Shown here piece after piece: positions 46,738 to 55,242 of a DNA stretch of 55,242 bases (positions are counted from its first letter, which is position 1; each line of letters opens with the position of its first letter). The stretch comes from a virus: IMG/VR virus record IMGVR_UViG_3300037423_000380. One strand, 5' to 3'. The notes below the pieces were generated by a model that saw only the letters and a program-made list of their open reading frames with translations, searched no databases and was not told the DNA's origin. The position numbers and the translations under genes are program-made.

Positions 46738-46920
46738 TCAGAGCTTGCGGTTCGGAGTGACCTTGCCTCGGGCGACGATCGCCAGAACGGAGCCGACGAA
46801 CGCCATGATGGCGCCGAGCTGCACGTCGGACAGGTTCAGGCCAAAGGCCATGAGCAAGCCGAGCAGGGCGGTCACGAAGCCGGACACGAGCACCGGGTTA
46901 TTGCGGAGTCGTTCGAGCAT
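46738..46920 (-). CDS. Holin-like membrane protein (60 aa, two TM helices)
   Basis: VLVSGFVTALLGLLMAFGL and LGAIMAFVGSVLAIVA with a basic C-terminus; directly downstream of the endolysin. Confidence 0.6.
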   Translation of the reverse strand: MLERLRNNPVLVSGFVTALLGLLMAFGLNLSDVQLGAIMAFVGSVLAIVARGKVTPNRKL

Positions 46921-46927
46921 GGGGACC

Positions 46928-47587
46928 TCACTTCTTCTTCCATGGGGTGATGGACTTCAGGGCGTCGATGGCAGCGCGCACCTTGGACTTGTTCTTGGTC
47001 GAGGGCCTGGAGTGGCGCAGGTCCTTTAGTGCAGCGTCCACGTTCTTGCCGCGGGTCTCGATGACCGACTCAGGCTTGTGCTCCTGGAAGTCCGGGTCGG
47101 CGCTAACCAGGCCGTCCGCGTACTTCGGGTAGCCGTAGCCGACGAGGTTCGAGTCACGGCGAGCTCGCTTCTTCAGGTACACGCCGTCTCCCTCGCGAGA
47201 GCCGTTGTCGTTGGTGTTGCCCTCGATCGTGTAGACGTAGGTGTCGTCGTAGGCATAGACGATGCCGGTGTGGTTCAGGTCGCTGATCGAGCCATAGAAG
47301 ACCTGGGCCCCGATGGCGGGGTAGTCGCTCCATCGGCCGGCGTTGCGGTAGAAGGCGCCAGCCACGTCGCACGAGGCGGTGCGGGGGAACAGGTCGGCAG
47401 CCCCGGCCTTCATGGCGCACCAGGAGACGAACGTGGCGCACCACGCCTGTCCCTGCGCCCACTCCAGTCCGGGGACCTGCGGCGCGTACTTCTCGATGTT
47501 GTTCCAATGGCCGTTGGCGTAGCCCTCGTGGTAGCCGGCCTCAGCCTTGGCTACCCGGATCACGTCAGCGGCGGTGGGGTTGGTCAT
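46928..47587 (-). CDS. Endolysin, CHAP/NlpC-P60-type amidase/peptidase
   Basis: Start at M12 of the track ORF (SD AAGGAG). Catalytic-type Cys in QAWCATFVSW, His in LNHTGIVYA, then EGN. Confidence 0.7.
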   Translation of the reverse strand: MTNPTAADVIRVAKAEAGYHEGYANGHWNNIEKYAPQVPGLEWAQGQAWCATFVSWCAMKAGAADLFPRTASCDVAGAFYRNAGRWSDYPAIGAQVFYGSISDLNHTGIVYAYDDTYVYTIEGNTNDNGSREGDGVYLKKRARRDSNLVGYGYPKYADGLVSADPDFQEHKPESVIETRGKNVDAALKDLRHSRPSTKNKSKVRAAIDALKSITPWKKK

Positions 47588-47629
47588 TGCGGACTCCTTG
47601 CTTGGAATGGAACCTCTCACTTGTACACA

Positions 47630-49240
47630 TCAGTCGAGGTCAAGGACTTCGGTGAGCGTGGTCTGGCACAGGCCGAGAGGATCGAAGTCGATGCTCGTCT
47701 TGGAGACGACGAACTGCGTGTTGACGCCAGCGGGCTTGCGCCGGAACTGGACGACGTTGTTGGGCTTGAGCCCGGGGACCGGAGCGTGCTGGATCTCGAT
47801 GGTCGACTGCACTGACGTGAGGTCGTGGAGCCGGCGCGACGCCTTGTCCTGGAGGTTGGCCTCCGAGGTCGCCTCGACGCCAGTCTGGATGTCGGTGATC
47901 CACCGACCCCGATTCTGGTACGAGTAGGGAGAGTCCTCACGCTCGTTGGTGGCGATGGCCGTCCAGCCCTCGTTGTCGTCGTCGCCCTGCGCAGTCAGCA
48001 CGACCTTGTTGGGGATCGAGTAGATGTCGTTGTCGATCGAGAAGGTGGGGTCGTAGATCGAGTCCTGGTTGTCAATGAACTCGAACTTGATCGGCCTGTT
48101 CTTCGGCTTGCGGTACTTCTGGGCTTGGAACTGGCCGTTGCTGTCGGCCCACAGCGGGAAGAAGCCAGCGGCGTCGAGCAGGTCGTTGACGATCGTCAGC
48201 TTGTTGGTGCCGGCCTCCCATGACATGTCTGCGTGGAGGGTGTCGTCGGAGTCGCTCAGCGCGCCGGACTTCTCTCCGGTCGAGCGGATGAGCTTGCGCA
48301 CCGCGGCGATGACGTTGGTGTCCTTCGAGACCGTGTACGTGTGCTCCACGTAGTCCTGAGCCAAGGCCGATGTGCGGTCGAGGAGTTCGACCTCCTGCTG
48401 GCCGGCGTTCTCGTCCCACTGCTCAGTTGGGGCTGCGGGGATGAAGACCCCTAGGGTCTCGTCCTTCACTCCCTCGATCATCAGCACGGGGCGGATGCGG
48501 GCGTGTAGCCAGGAGAACGGGGCGTACTCGAAGTGCTCGCCGTTGAAGTGATCGGTCGTGCCCTTGTAGAGCGCGAGGTAGTCAACGTAGGTGTGCGTGC
48601 CTGCGGTGGGCGTGGTGTTCCTGATGTGGAGATCGGCTGACGTGTTGGTCGCATCGAAGGTGACTGCGATGGTCTGCCAGCCAGGCTTCACGTCGACCGG
48701 GGATGCCGAGCCGGATCGCACGTAGACCTGATCCGCGTCTTGGTTGAGGACCCGGAGGACGAAGGTGTACGTGTCGCCCACGTTCAGCCCGTTGAAGGTC
48801 GAGACGACGTTCTGGGTCTGGGGCGTGCCCGCTGCGGCCCACTCGACATCGAGGCTGGCTGCGTACTCGTAGTGCACGTCCACGTTGCGGGTGACCGAGG
48901 CAGGGAGGGAGAAGGCACCACCATCCGTGTCGCCAGCGAAGCCGCCGACCGCGATCTCGAAGTCGCGCTCCTCGACAAGCGGCCGGTTCTTCGCGACCCG
49001 GATGTTCCGCTTGTGGACATCGTTGTCACGGGCGACGACGATCTTGCCGCCGCCCTGGACCGCTGCGCTGGAGTCCCATTCCACCGACCCGCTGCTCACT
49101 CCGTCGAGCTCGCCGAACTTGTTGCCGGTGTCATCGAGCAGGTCGAAGCGGTAGCTGGTCTCGCGGTTGACGGTCAGAGGGTCGACCCGGACGGGGATCG
49201 GATGGATGAGAGTCCCGCCCGGGACGACGACTCTGGTCAT
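47630..49240 (-). CDS. Tail hub / tail-associated (Tal-like) minor tail protein with an inserted carbohydrate-binding-like domain
   Basis: 536 aa, second gene after the tape measure, ATGA overlap with the upstream gene. Called from synteny. Confidence 0.6.
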   Translation of the reverse strand: MTRVVVPGGTLIHPIPVRVDPLTVNRETSYRFDLLDDTGNKFGELDGVSSGSVEWDSSAAVQGGGKIVVARDNDVHKRNIRVAKNRPLVEERDFEIAVGGFAGDTDGGAFSLPASVTRNVDVHYEYAASLDVEWAAAGTPQTQNVVSTFNGLNVGDTYTFVLRVLNQDADQVYVRSGSASPVDVKPGWQTIAVTFDATNTSADLHIRNTTPTAGTHTYVDYLALYKGTTDHFNGEHFEYAPFSWLHARIRPVLMIEGVKDETLGVFIPAAPTEQWDENAGQQEVELLDRTSALAQDYVEHTYTVSKDTNVIAAVRKLIRSTGEKSGALSDSDDTLHADMSWEAGTNKLTIVNDLLDAAGFFPLWADSNGQFQAQKYRKPKNRPIKFEFIDNQDSIYDPTFSIDNDIYSIPNKVVLTAQGDDDNEGWTAIATNEREDSPYSYQNRGRWITDIQTGVEATSEANLQDKASRRLHDLTSVQSTIEIQHAPVPGLKPNNVVQFRRKPAGVNTQFVVSKTSIDFDPLGLCQTTLTEVLDLD

Positions 49241-52200
49241 GGGTAGTCAACCTCCGTGACAGTGAATGCGATGGCGTACAGGTTGTTGCCGAGGTAGTCG
49301 ATGGCGACCTGAGAGACCGAGCCGTACATCCGGTGACCGAGGGGGTCGCGGAACAGCAGCACGTCGCCGGACTCGATCAGGCTCTCCCACTCGGCCGGGG
49401 AAGAGGACTCACCATCGAGCAGGCCCGCCACGTCGATGACGCGCTCGCGAGCCTCACCCGCGAACATCACCGGCTTCTTGCGGCCGGCGAAGTTGTAGAG
49501 CGCACGGTCCCGAGAGGTCGTGGACCGCAGGGCGACGTTGCCCATCAGTCGGCAGACCTGATGGAAGTGAGGACCACCGGACAAGTAGACCCAGCGGTCA
49601 TCGCTGCCGTTCACGGCTCTCGATGCCGAGGTCCTGGAGGACGGGGCGGTCGAGTGGGTGATGAGGCGGTACTCGCCATCGCCCGCGATCGGAGCGGTGG
49701 TGTCGACCAGCGTGGCGTCAGGAGCAGCGCCCTCGATGAGCGTCTCCCAATCACCCCACGTGTCGGTCTCAGGCTGATAGAGCCTGCGCTGGACGTCGAC
49801 CCCGGATGCCGGGAGTGATCCGGTGCTGGTCTTCACCGAGCTCGATGCGTAGGGCGTCCCGCTCCACGAGTACGTGAAGCCGTCGCCGTCCTCGGTGTCG
49901 CCATCGAAGTAGTCGGCGTAGGCGATGCCGTCGCTGACGATGATGCCGTCCATGTAGGCGAAGGCACCGGGCGTGATCGCGTTGTCCTTGAAGTACAGGA
50001 ACGCAGTGCCACCGGCCGTGAAGGTGATGGTTTCGCTGAGCTCTGCCCAGCCGTCACGGGTGGCGGTGTACAGGTCGTAGATCCCGTCGACACCCGTGCC
50101 TGAGATACGGATGCCAGTGTTGCCGGTGATGAAGGCAGGCACCCACACGCGCACGGTCACGCGGTAGGTTCCGCTGACCGCGGGCAGGATGGTGCCGAGG
50201 TTGCGGGAGCCGAACAGGGTCGACGTGCCTGCACCCCGCGCGGCCTTGAACGACTTGCCTCCGATCCACGCCTGCTCGTTCGAGATGACCGGAACGTCCG
50301 AGCCGGCGACTGCGGCCCATCCACTCGACCCTCCCTCCGCAGAGGGGTTGGGGAAGTAGTTCGTCACGTGGACCGTGCCCGGGGGCACGTCAGCAGTCGG
50401 CGTGAGGGTGATGATCGCTGTGCCGGACGAGCTGTCGTAATCGGCACTGAAGGTCGGCTCGGCAGGCGGAGTGAACGACGTGGTGAAGTTCTGCTCGGCC
50501 CACTCGCTGAAGAGGCCAGTGCCATCCTCAACCTGGACCCGCACCTTGTAGGAGGCCCCGTCGACACTGACCGTGGTGAGATCCAGGCCGGTGTCCGTAC
50601 CGTCAGCGTTCTGCTGCTCCAGCAGGTTGCCCGAGCCGTCATAGAGCTCGACTGCCCAGCCGGCCTGCGGCGTGGCTTCCGCGTCGGAGTAGGACCACTC
50701 GACGTGGATCACCGAGGTCGTGAGGACCTCATCCACGCCCGGCGACATGATCGTGACGGTCGGAATCGCTGAGGAGTCGAAGACTGCGGAGGAGGACCAG
50801 TCCGAAGGTGTCGGGTCGACGCCATAGGTCCGAACCTGCCACGTGATCTCTTGGCCGTTGGCGATCGTGCCCGCGACCAGCGTCCACGTGGACACGGTGC
50901 TCGTGACCGTCGCAGGCGTCGTCCAGGTGGCGCCACCGTCCGTGCTGTACCGCACGTCGAAGGCACTCTGGTCAGCCCCATCGGCCGCGGGGGAGTGCGT
51001 CCAGGTGAACTCCTGGTCGTTGTCGAGATCCAGCGCGATGCCGCTCGGCGCCAGGTTGGCCGGCGCGTTGGGAGGCGTCGACCCGGCAACATCAGCGGTG
51101 TCGACCCACTCGCTCTGGCTGGTGTAGCCGACAGTCGACTTGGCCCGCACGCCGAACTTGTAGATCGAGCTGGTCGAGACGCCAGTGAGCGTGTAACTCG
51201 TGACGCCGGCAGCGGCACTGATCGTGTCATTGACCAGCACGCCATCCTGGTAGTACCGGATGCCTGTGGTGTAGGCCGCGTAGCCCTCAGCGTTGGTCCA
51301 GGTGAGCAGGATGCTGCCACCGGGAACGACCTTGGCCTTCACATCGGTCGGCTCTGCGGGCCGGGTCTGGAACGCGGACGTGGTGACCCACGTCGAGTAC
51401 GTCGTGAATTGGCGATCCGCAGTCTGGACCGCGCGGATGCGCCACTGGTAGGCGGCGTTGACACTCGTGGTTGTGTCGGTGAACGTGGTGGCGGTTCCCG
51501 GGACCGTGCCGATGGTGCCCCAGACGTCAGACGCCTCGTCCCACCGCTGAATCTCCACCAGGCTGTAGCTGCCGGCGTTGGTCCAGCCGAGCGTGAACGA
51601 GTTGTCGTTCGTGCGCGTCAGTGTGAGCCCGGTCGGGGCCAGTACGTCGGGAAGAAGGTCCAGCGTGCTCGTCGTGGAGTATGACGAGTACGTCGTGTCA
51701 CCGACCGTGGAGCGGTGCCGGACTCGGAACTTGTAGTTCGAGGCCGGGTCGACATTCGTTCGGTAATTCTTGGTTCCGCTGTCGACCGTTGCGATCTCGG
51801 TCCACGTGCCGCCGTTGACCTGTTCCTCGATCAGCGTGGTGAACGAGTACCCGTTGAGGGTCGATGCACCGTTGTCCCAGGAGATGATGACTGAGCCGAA
51901 GACCGCGCTTCGCGTGACGGTCGCACCGGTCGGGGCAGCGGGTGTCGTCTGGATGAAGTCCGCGTAGCCCCACGCCGAGGCGCCAGCGCTGTTCCGAGCT
52001 CGCACCTTGAAGCGATAGCGCCGGTTGGCAGCGATCGTCCGGTCCTTGGCAGTGACCGTGCTGTCCATGTCGGCGGAGTACATCGTCCAGGCGTTGCTCA
52101 CGTTGTCCCAATGGGACATCTCCTGTGAGTCGTATGGCTCACCCGCCGTGGGGTTGATCGTCCACGAGATGTGCGCCGTGGTGTCGTCGGTGCGCACCGC

Positions 52201-52608
52201 GAGCACGTCTGTCTGCTTGGCGGGTACGTCGATCGGTCGCGCCGGGATGGCGATAGTAACGGACTTGCTCGGAGTGATCCCGCCAGGGACACCGGACATG
52301 GTGGCCGTGTAGGTGCGGTCACCCGGCGACGTTCCGAACTCGCCGGCACCGTAGGTGTAGCTGTCGGTCAGCGTGTCGCGAAGGATCGTGCCCGAGCCGA
52401 CGTTGTTGGTGAACGTCTTCGACCCGGTGATGTCGTCGCTGTAGTTGAGCGTCTGCGAGTCGCTGTAGCCGCTCCGGTTCTGCGTGTAGATCTTGACGGT
52501 GAACTGTGCGGTAGCGGACGAGTGGGACACCGAGGCCATGATGACCTCGATGCCCACCCGCATACCGTTGCCGCTGCCGTCCTGCCACGCTCCCCAAGAG
52601 ATAGCCAT
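49237..52608 (-). CDS. Minor tail protein with multiple FN3-like repeats, a CBM-like module and a C-terminal distal-tail-like domain (1123 aa)
   Basis: At least 4-5 modules of the type P.AP..L.....T..S..LSW...... (for example LAPTGLTLTRTNDNSFTLGWTN and RPAEPTDVKAKVVPGGSILLTWTN). NPSAEGGSSGWAAV is CBM-like. It is the first gene after the tape measure. Confidence 0.65.
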   Translation of the reverse strand: MAISWGAWQDGSGNGMRVGIEVIMASVSHSSATAQFTVKIYTQNRSGYSDSQTLNYSDDITGSKTFTNNVGSGTILRDTLTDSYTYGAGEFGTSPGDRTYTATMSGVPGGITPSKSVTIAIPARPIDVPAKQTDVLAVRTDDTTAHISWTINPTAGEPYDSQEMSHWDNVSNAWTMYSADMDSTVTAKDRTIAANRRYRFKVRARNSAGASAWGYADFIQTTPAAPTGATVTRSAVFGSVIISWDNGASTLNGYSFTTLIEEQVNGGTWTEIATVDSGTKNYRTNVDPASNYKFRVRHRSTVGDTTYSSYSTTSTLDLLPDVLAPTGLTLTRTNDNSFTLGWTNAGSYSLVEIQRWDEASDVWGTIGTVPGTATTFTDTTTSVNAAYQWRIRAVQTADRQFTTYSTWVTTSAFQTRPAEPTDVKAKVVPGGSILLTWTNAEGYAAYTTGIRYYQDGVLVNDTISAAAGVTSYTLTGVSTSSIYKFGVRAKSTVGYTSQSEWVDTADVAGSTPPNAPANLAPSGIALDLDNDQEFTWTHSPAADGADQSAFDVRYSTDGGATWTTPATVTSTVSTWTLVAGTIANGQEITWQVRTYGVDPTPSDWSSSAVFDSSAIPTVTIMSPGVDEVLTTSVIHVEWSYSDAEATPQAGWAVELYDGSGNLLEQQNADGTDTGLDLTTVSVDGASYKVRVQVEDGTGLFSEWAEQNFTTSFTPPAEPTFSADYDSSSGTAIITLTPTADVPPGTVHVTNYFPNPSAEGGSSGWAAVAGSDVPVISNEQAWIGGKSFKAARGAGTSTLFGSRNLGTILPAVSGTYRVTVRVWVPAFITGNTGIRISGTGVDGIYDLYTATRDGWAELSETITFTAGGTAFLYFKDNAITPGAFAYMDGIIVSDGIAYADYFDGDTEDGDGFTYSWSGTPYASSSVKTSTGSLPASGVDVQRRLYQPETDTWGDWETLIEGAAPDATLVDTTAPIAGDGEYRLITHSTAPSSRTSASRAVNGSDDRWVYLSGGPHFHQVCRLMGNVALRSTTSRDRALYNFAGRKKPVMFAGEARERVIDVAGLLDGESSSPAEWESLIESGDVLLFRDPLGHRMYGSVSQVAIDYLGNNLYAIAFTVTEVDYP

Positions 52609-52611
52609 GTG

Positions 52612-55242
52612 TTACCCCTGTCGGATGCGGACCCGCAGCAGGTCGAGGAAGTCTTCGAGATCCTGGAGCTGCTGGAGGTCTTCGAGCGGAATGGTGATGT
52701 TGTCGATCTGGATGGACGCCGGCTGCTGACTCGAAGAGGAGTCCTGCGAAGCCTTGGCTGCGGCGGTGACCTTGCGCTCCAGTCCGCCGAGACGGCGGTC
52801 GAGGGCGACCGGCTGCACCGTGGCGCCAGCGAAGTCGCCCTGCACGTCGATGCCGAGCGTCTGGCTCAGGCTCTCGCGGATTGCGTCTGCGATCTCGTTG
52901 GCGAGAGAGACCACGCCGTCGAGGATCTGTTGCCGTGCCGACTGGAGTCCGGCGAGCATCGAGTTGGCGATGACGACCCCGATATTGAACGCCGACACGT
53001 GACGCGAGGCGTCCTGTGCGATGTTCAGGGTGAGGCCACGAAGCGCCTGACGTACTGCGCCGAACTTGTTCTGGAGTCCTCGGATGAAGCCGTCGATGAT
53101 GAGCTCACCAGCGGGCGTCAAGAGCACGCGGTCCAGCGGGGCCGGACCCTTCCAGCTCGTGAGGTTGTGCGTGAGGCCCTGGAGCTTGTCCCGCACGTCA
53201 TCGAACTTGGAAGTGATGCCGTCGATGAAGCCCTGGATCAGTGAGGCACCGGCCTGGTAGAGCGCGGTGGCGATGCCGGCGAGGGCGTTGACCGCCTTAG
53301 TCGGCATCTCCTTCACCTTGTCGATGACCCTGGTGATGCCGGTGTCGACAGCATCCTTCACGTTGTCCCACGCGGTGCTGACCGCAGACTTGATCGCGTC
53401 CCAGACCGCATTGGTCTTCGACTTGATCGTGTCCCACGCGCCCGTGACGGCGGACCGCACGCGGTCGACCGCACCGGAGACCACCGACTTGATGGCGTTC
53501 CAGTCGGCCTCGATCACGTTCCAGACCGCATCCCAAACGCGAGAGGTCACGTCTCGGATCGCGTTCCAGACCCGCTCGACCACGTTGCGCACGGCCGAGA
53601 AGACGATCTGGGCGTCAGCCTTGAGGAGTTCCCAGCGTCGCTTCACGAAGTCGCTGATGGCCGACCACAGTCGGGTGGAGACGTTCTTGAGGACGTTCCA
53701 CACGTTCGTCACCACGGTGCGAACCGCATTGACGTACGTCGTGACGTAGGTCTTGATCGCGGTCCAAGCGCCCTGGATGACCGCCCTGACGACGTTCCAC
53801 ACACGGGTGGTGGCGCCGCTGATGGCCTCCCAGACGACCTCGACCCGAGCGCGGATGACGTTCAGGTGCTTCTCGATGAAGCCCTTGATCGCGTCCCAGA
53901 CCAGCATGATGCCGGCGCGGATCGTGTTCATGTGGCCGGCGATGAAGCCGGTGATCGCGTCCCACGGCCCCTTGAACACGAAGTAGATCGCGTCGAGGGT
54001 CGTAGCCAGGAACTCCTTGATCCCGTTCCAGGCGAGGGTGAAGACGGCCTTGAGGATGTTGAACGCCGACCGGAAGATGGTCGACCAGACCTTGACCTGG
54101 ACCTCGATGATCGTCTTGACCACGGTGAACGCGGCCTCGAAGACGGTCTTGAACAGGCTGATGATCGGTCGCAGGATCTTGCCCAGGACTCGGGCAACCG
54201 ACTCCATCGCTGAGATGATCTTCTCGGCGAAGCCCTTGGCGGCGTCGGATCTGAACCAGCCGAGGATCTTCTCGAAGACCGGACCGAGCTTGGCGAGCAG
54301 CTTCGCGGCTGCCTTCTCGATCGGACCGAAGAACTTCTCCAGCGGCTTCGCGAGTGGGCCGAGGAGCTTGACTCCGACCTTCTTGAAGCCGCTGACGACG
54401 GTGCCATTGAGGTAGGCCCAGATGGCACCGAAGGCCGTCTGGATCGCGCCGAGCAGGATGTGGCCGAGGCCGGAGAAGATCTCCTTGAAACCCTTGCCGA
54501 CCTTGCTCCAGTCGAGGGTGACAAGGCCAGAGACGACGTCCCACAGGCCCTTGAGCACGTCTACGACACCAGTGACGATGTTGAACGTGCCCTTGAGGAC
54601 GAGGATCGCGCCCTGGAGTACGCCAACGAGGGCGCCGCCGAGGATGTTGACGAGGATCTTCAACACCGGCACGACGACCGGCGCGACGAGGGCGACGATC
54701 TTGGTCATCTGATCGAACAGCGGCTTGAACTGCTGGCCGACCTTGACGAGCTGCTTGCCCAGCTCATCGAACACGGGGCCGAGGGTGTTGAGCGTCTTGG
54801 CGACGAACGGCCCGAGTGCGTTGATGAACGGCAGCAGCGCGTTGGTGACGCCGACGAAGATCGGAGCAAGGTGCTGGATCGCGGCTGACATGACCACGCC
54901 GATGTTGGCGGCGAGCGCGCCGACCAGCTTGCCGAGGACGGCGAACTTTGCAGCCAGTGGCTCCATCGCAGGCACGAGCGCGTGGACGGCCTTGTTGAAG
55001 CCGTCGAACATCGAGGCCAGACCGCTGCCCACAGCGGGCGAGGCGAGCGCGTTCGCGATCGCGGCGATGGCCGTGCCGATCGTGTCACCGATCGTGGGAC
55101 CAAGGCCCTGGAAGTTCTGGCTCAGGGAGATGATGAGGTTCTTGAGCGCCGGACCAGCGATGCTGGTGATCTGGTGCATCATCTTGTACGCGGCCGTCAG
55201 GGCGTCCGTGAGGCCGTGCTGGAAGCCGGGTGAGGCTGCCGC
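52612..55242 (-). CDS. Tape measure protein, C-terminal part (frame open to the window end; joins 1..1330)
   Basis: 877 in-frame codons with no upstream stop. There is a long run of about 11-residue periodic Trp repeats (VWDAIKG..VWEAISG..VWNVVRA..AWTAIKT..VWNVLKN..LWSAISD..VWNAIRD..VWDAVWN..DWNAIKS). Confidence 0.85.
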   Translation of the reverse strand, partial: AAASPGFQHGLTDALTAAYKMMHQITSIAGPALKNLIISLSQNFQGLGPTIGDTIGTAIAAIANALASPAVGSGLASMFDGFNKAVHALVPAMEPLAAKFAVLGKLVGALAANIGVVMSAAIQHLAPIFVGVTNALLPFINALGPFVAKTLNTLGPVFDELGKQLVKVGQQFKPLFDQMTKIVALVAPVVVPVLKILVNILGGALVGVLQGAILVLKGTFNIVTGVVDVLKGLWDVVSGLVTLDWSKVGKGFKEIFSGLGHILLGAIQTAFGAIWAYLNGTVVSGFKKVGVKLLGPLAKPLEKFFGPIEKAAAKLLAKLGPVFEKILGWFRSDAAKGFAEKIISAMESVARVLGKILRPIISLFKTVFEAAFTVVKTIIEVQVKVWSTIFRSAFNILKAVFTLAWNGIKEFLATTLDAIYFVFKGPWDAITGFIAGHMNTIRAGIMLVWDAIKGFIEKHLNVIRARVEVVWEAISGATTRVWNVVRAVIQGAWTAIKTYVTTYVNAVRTVVTNVWNVLKNVSTRLWSAISDFVKRRWELLKADAQIVFSAVRNVVERVWNAIRDVTSRVWDAVWNVIEADWNAIKSVVSGAVDRVRSAVTGAWDTIKSKTNAVWDAIKSAVSTAWDNVKDAVDTGITRVIDKVKEMPTKAVNALAGIATALYQAGASLIQGFIDGITSKFDDVRDKLQGLTHNLTSWKGPAPLDRVLLTPAGELIIDGFIRGLQNKFGAVRQALRGLTLNIAQDASRHVSAFNIGVVIANSMLAGLQSARQQILDGVVSLANEIADAIRESLSQTLGIDVQGDFAGATVQPVALDRRLGGLERKVTAAAKASQDSSSSQQPASIQIDNITIPLEDLQQLQDLEDFLDLLRVRIRQG
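55116..55242. repeat. Second copy of the 127-bp terminal overlap
   Basis: Identical to 1-127. Confidence 0.95.

Overview
The window is one complete phage genome. Bases 1-127 are identical to 55116-55242, so the contig closes on itself with a unit length of 55115 bp, and the tape measure gene reads in frame across the junction. It is a GC-rich, strongly GC3-biased temperate siphovirus with actinobacteriophage-type gene content. Four blocks are visible. (1) A minus-strand late operon runs 15128 -> 1 and wraps to 55115 -> 46738: HNH, pectate-lyase-type tailspike, small terminase, membrane protein, large terminase, portal, MuF-like protein, scaffold, major capsid, four head-tail connector proteins, major tail protein, a tRNA-Asn, the G/GT tail chaperones with a -1 frameshift, a 1277-aa tape measure, an FN3-rich minor tail protein, a hub-like protein, CHAP endolysin and holin. 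(2) A plus-strand early region (15973-32141) is driven by five near-consensus TTGACA-N17/18-TAGACT promoters. It encodes mostly unknown small proteins plus a C5 DNA methyltransferase, a zinc-finger/HNH-like pair, a DUF5664-type NTP pyrophosphohydrolase, a HAD nucleotidase and RtcB RNA ligase. (3) A minus-strand replication/nucleotide operon (46316 -> 34055) has a RecB-family nuclease, a RecA/DnaB-like ATPase, RuvC, a two-ORF primase, MazG, a metallophosphoesterase, a sigma-like factor, class II RNR and an EEP nuclease. (4) A large serine integrase lies at 32199-33614. The most unusual content is non-coding. There are five tRNA-like acceptor/T-arm minihelices with compensatory stem changes. There are twelve copies of an invariant GTGAGTC-N5-GACTCAC palindrome confined to the early region. 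A 16-bp palindrome occurs at the heads of two operons, and AAGTGAGAGG recurs as a start-associated motif. Many long ORFs in the supplied track are antisense or off-frame artefacts of high GC; starts were re-assigned from Shine-Dalgarno spacing and ATGA/GTGA start-stop overlaps. All functional calls rest on motifs and synteny read by eye, not on database searches.
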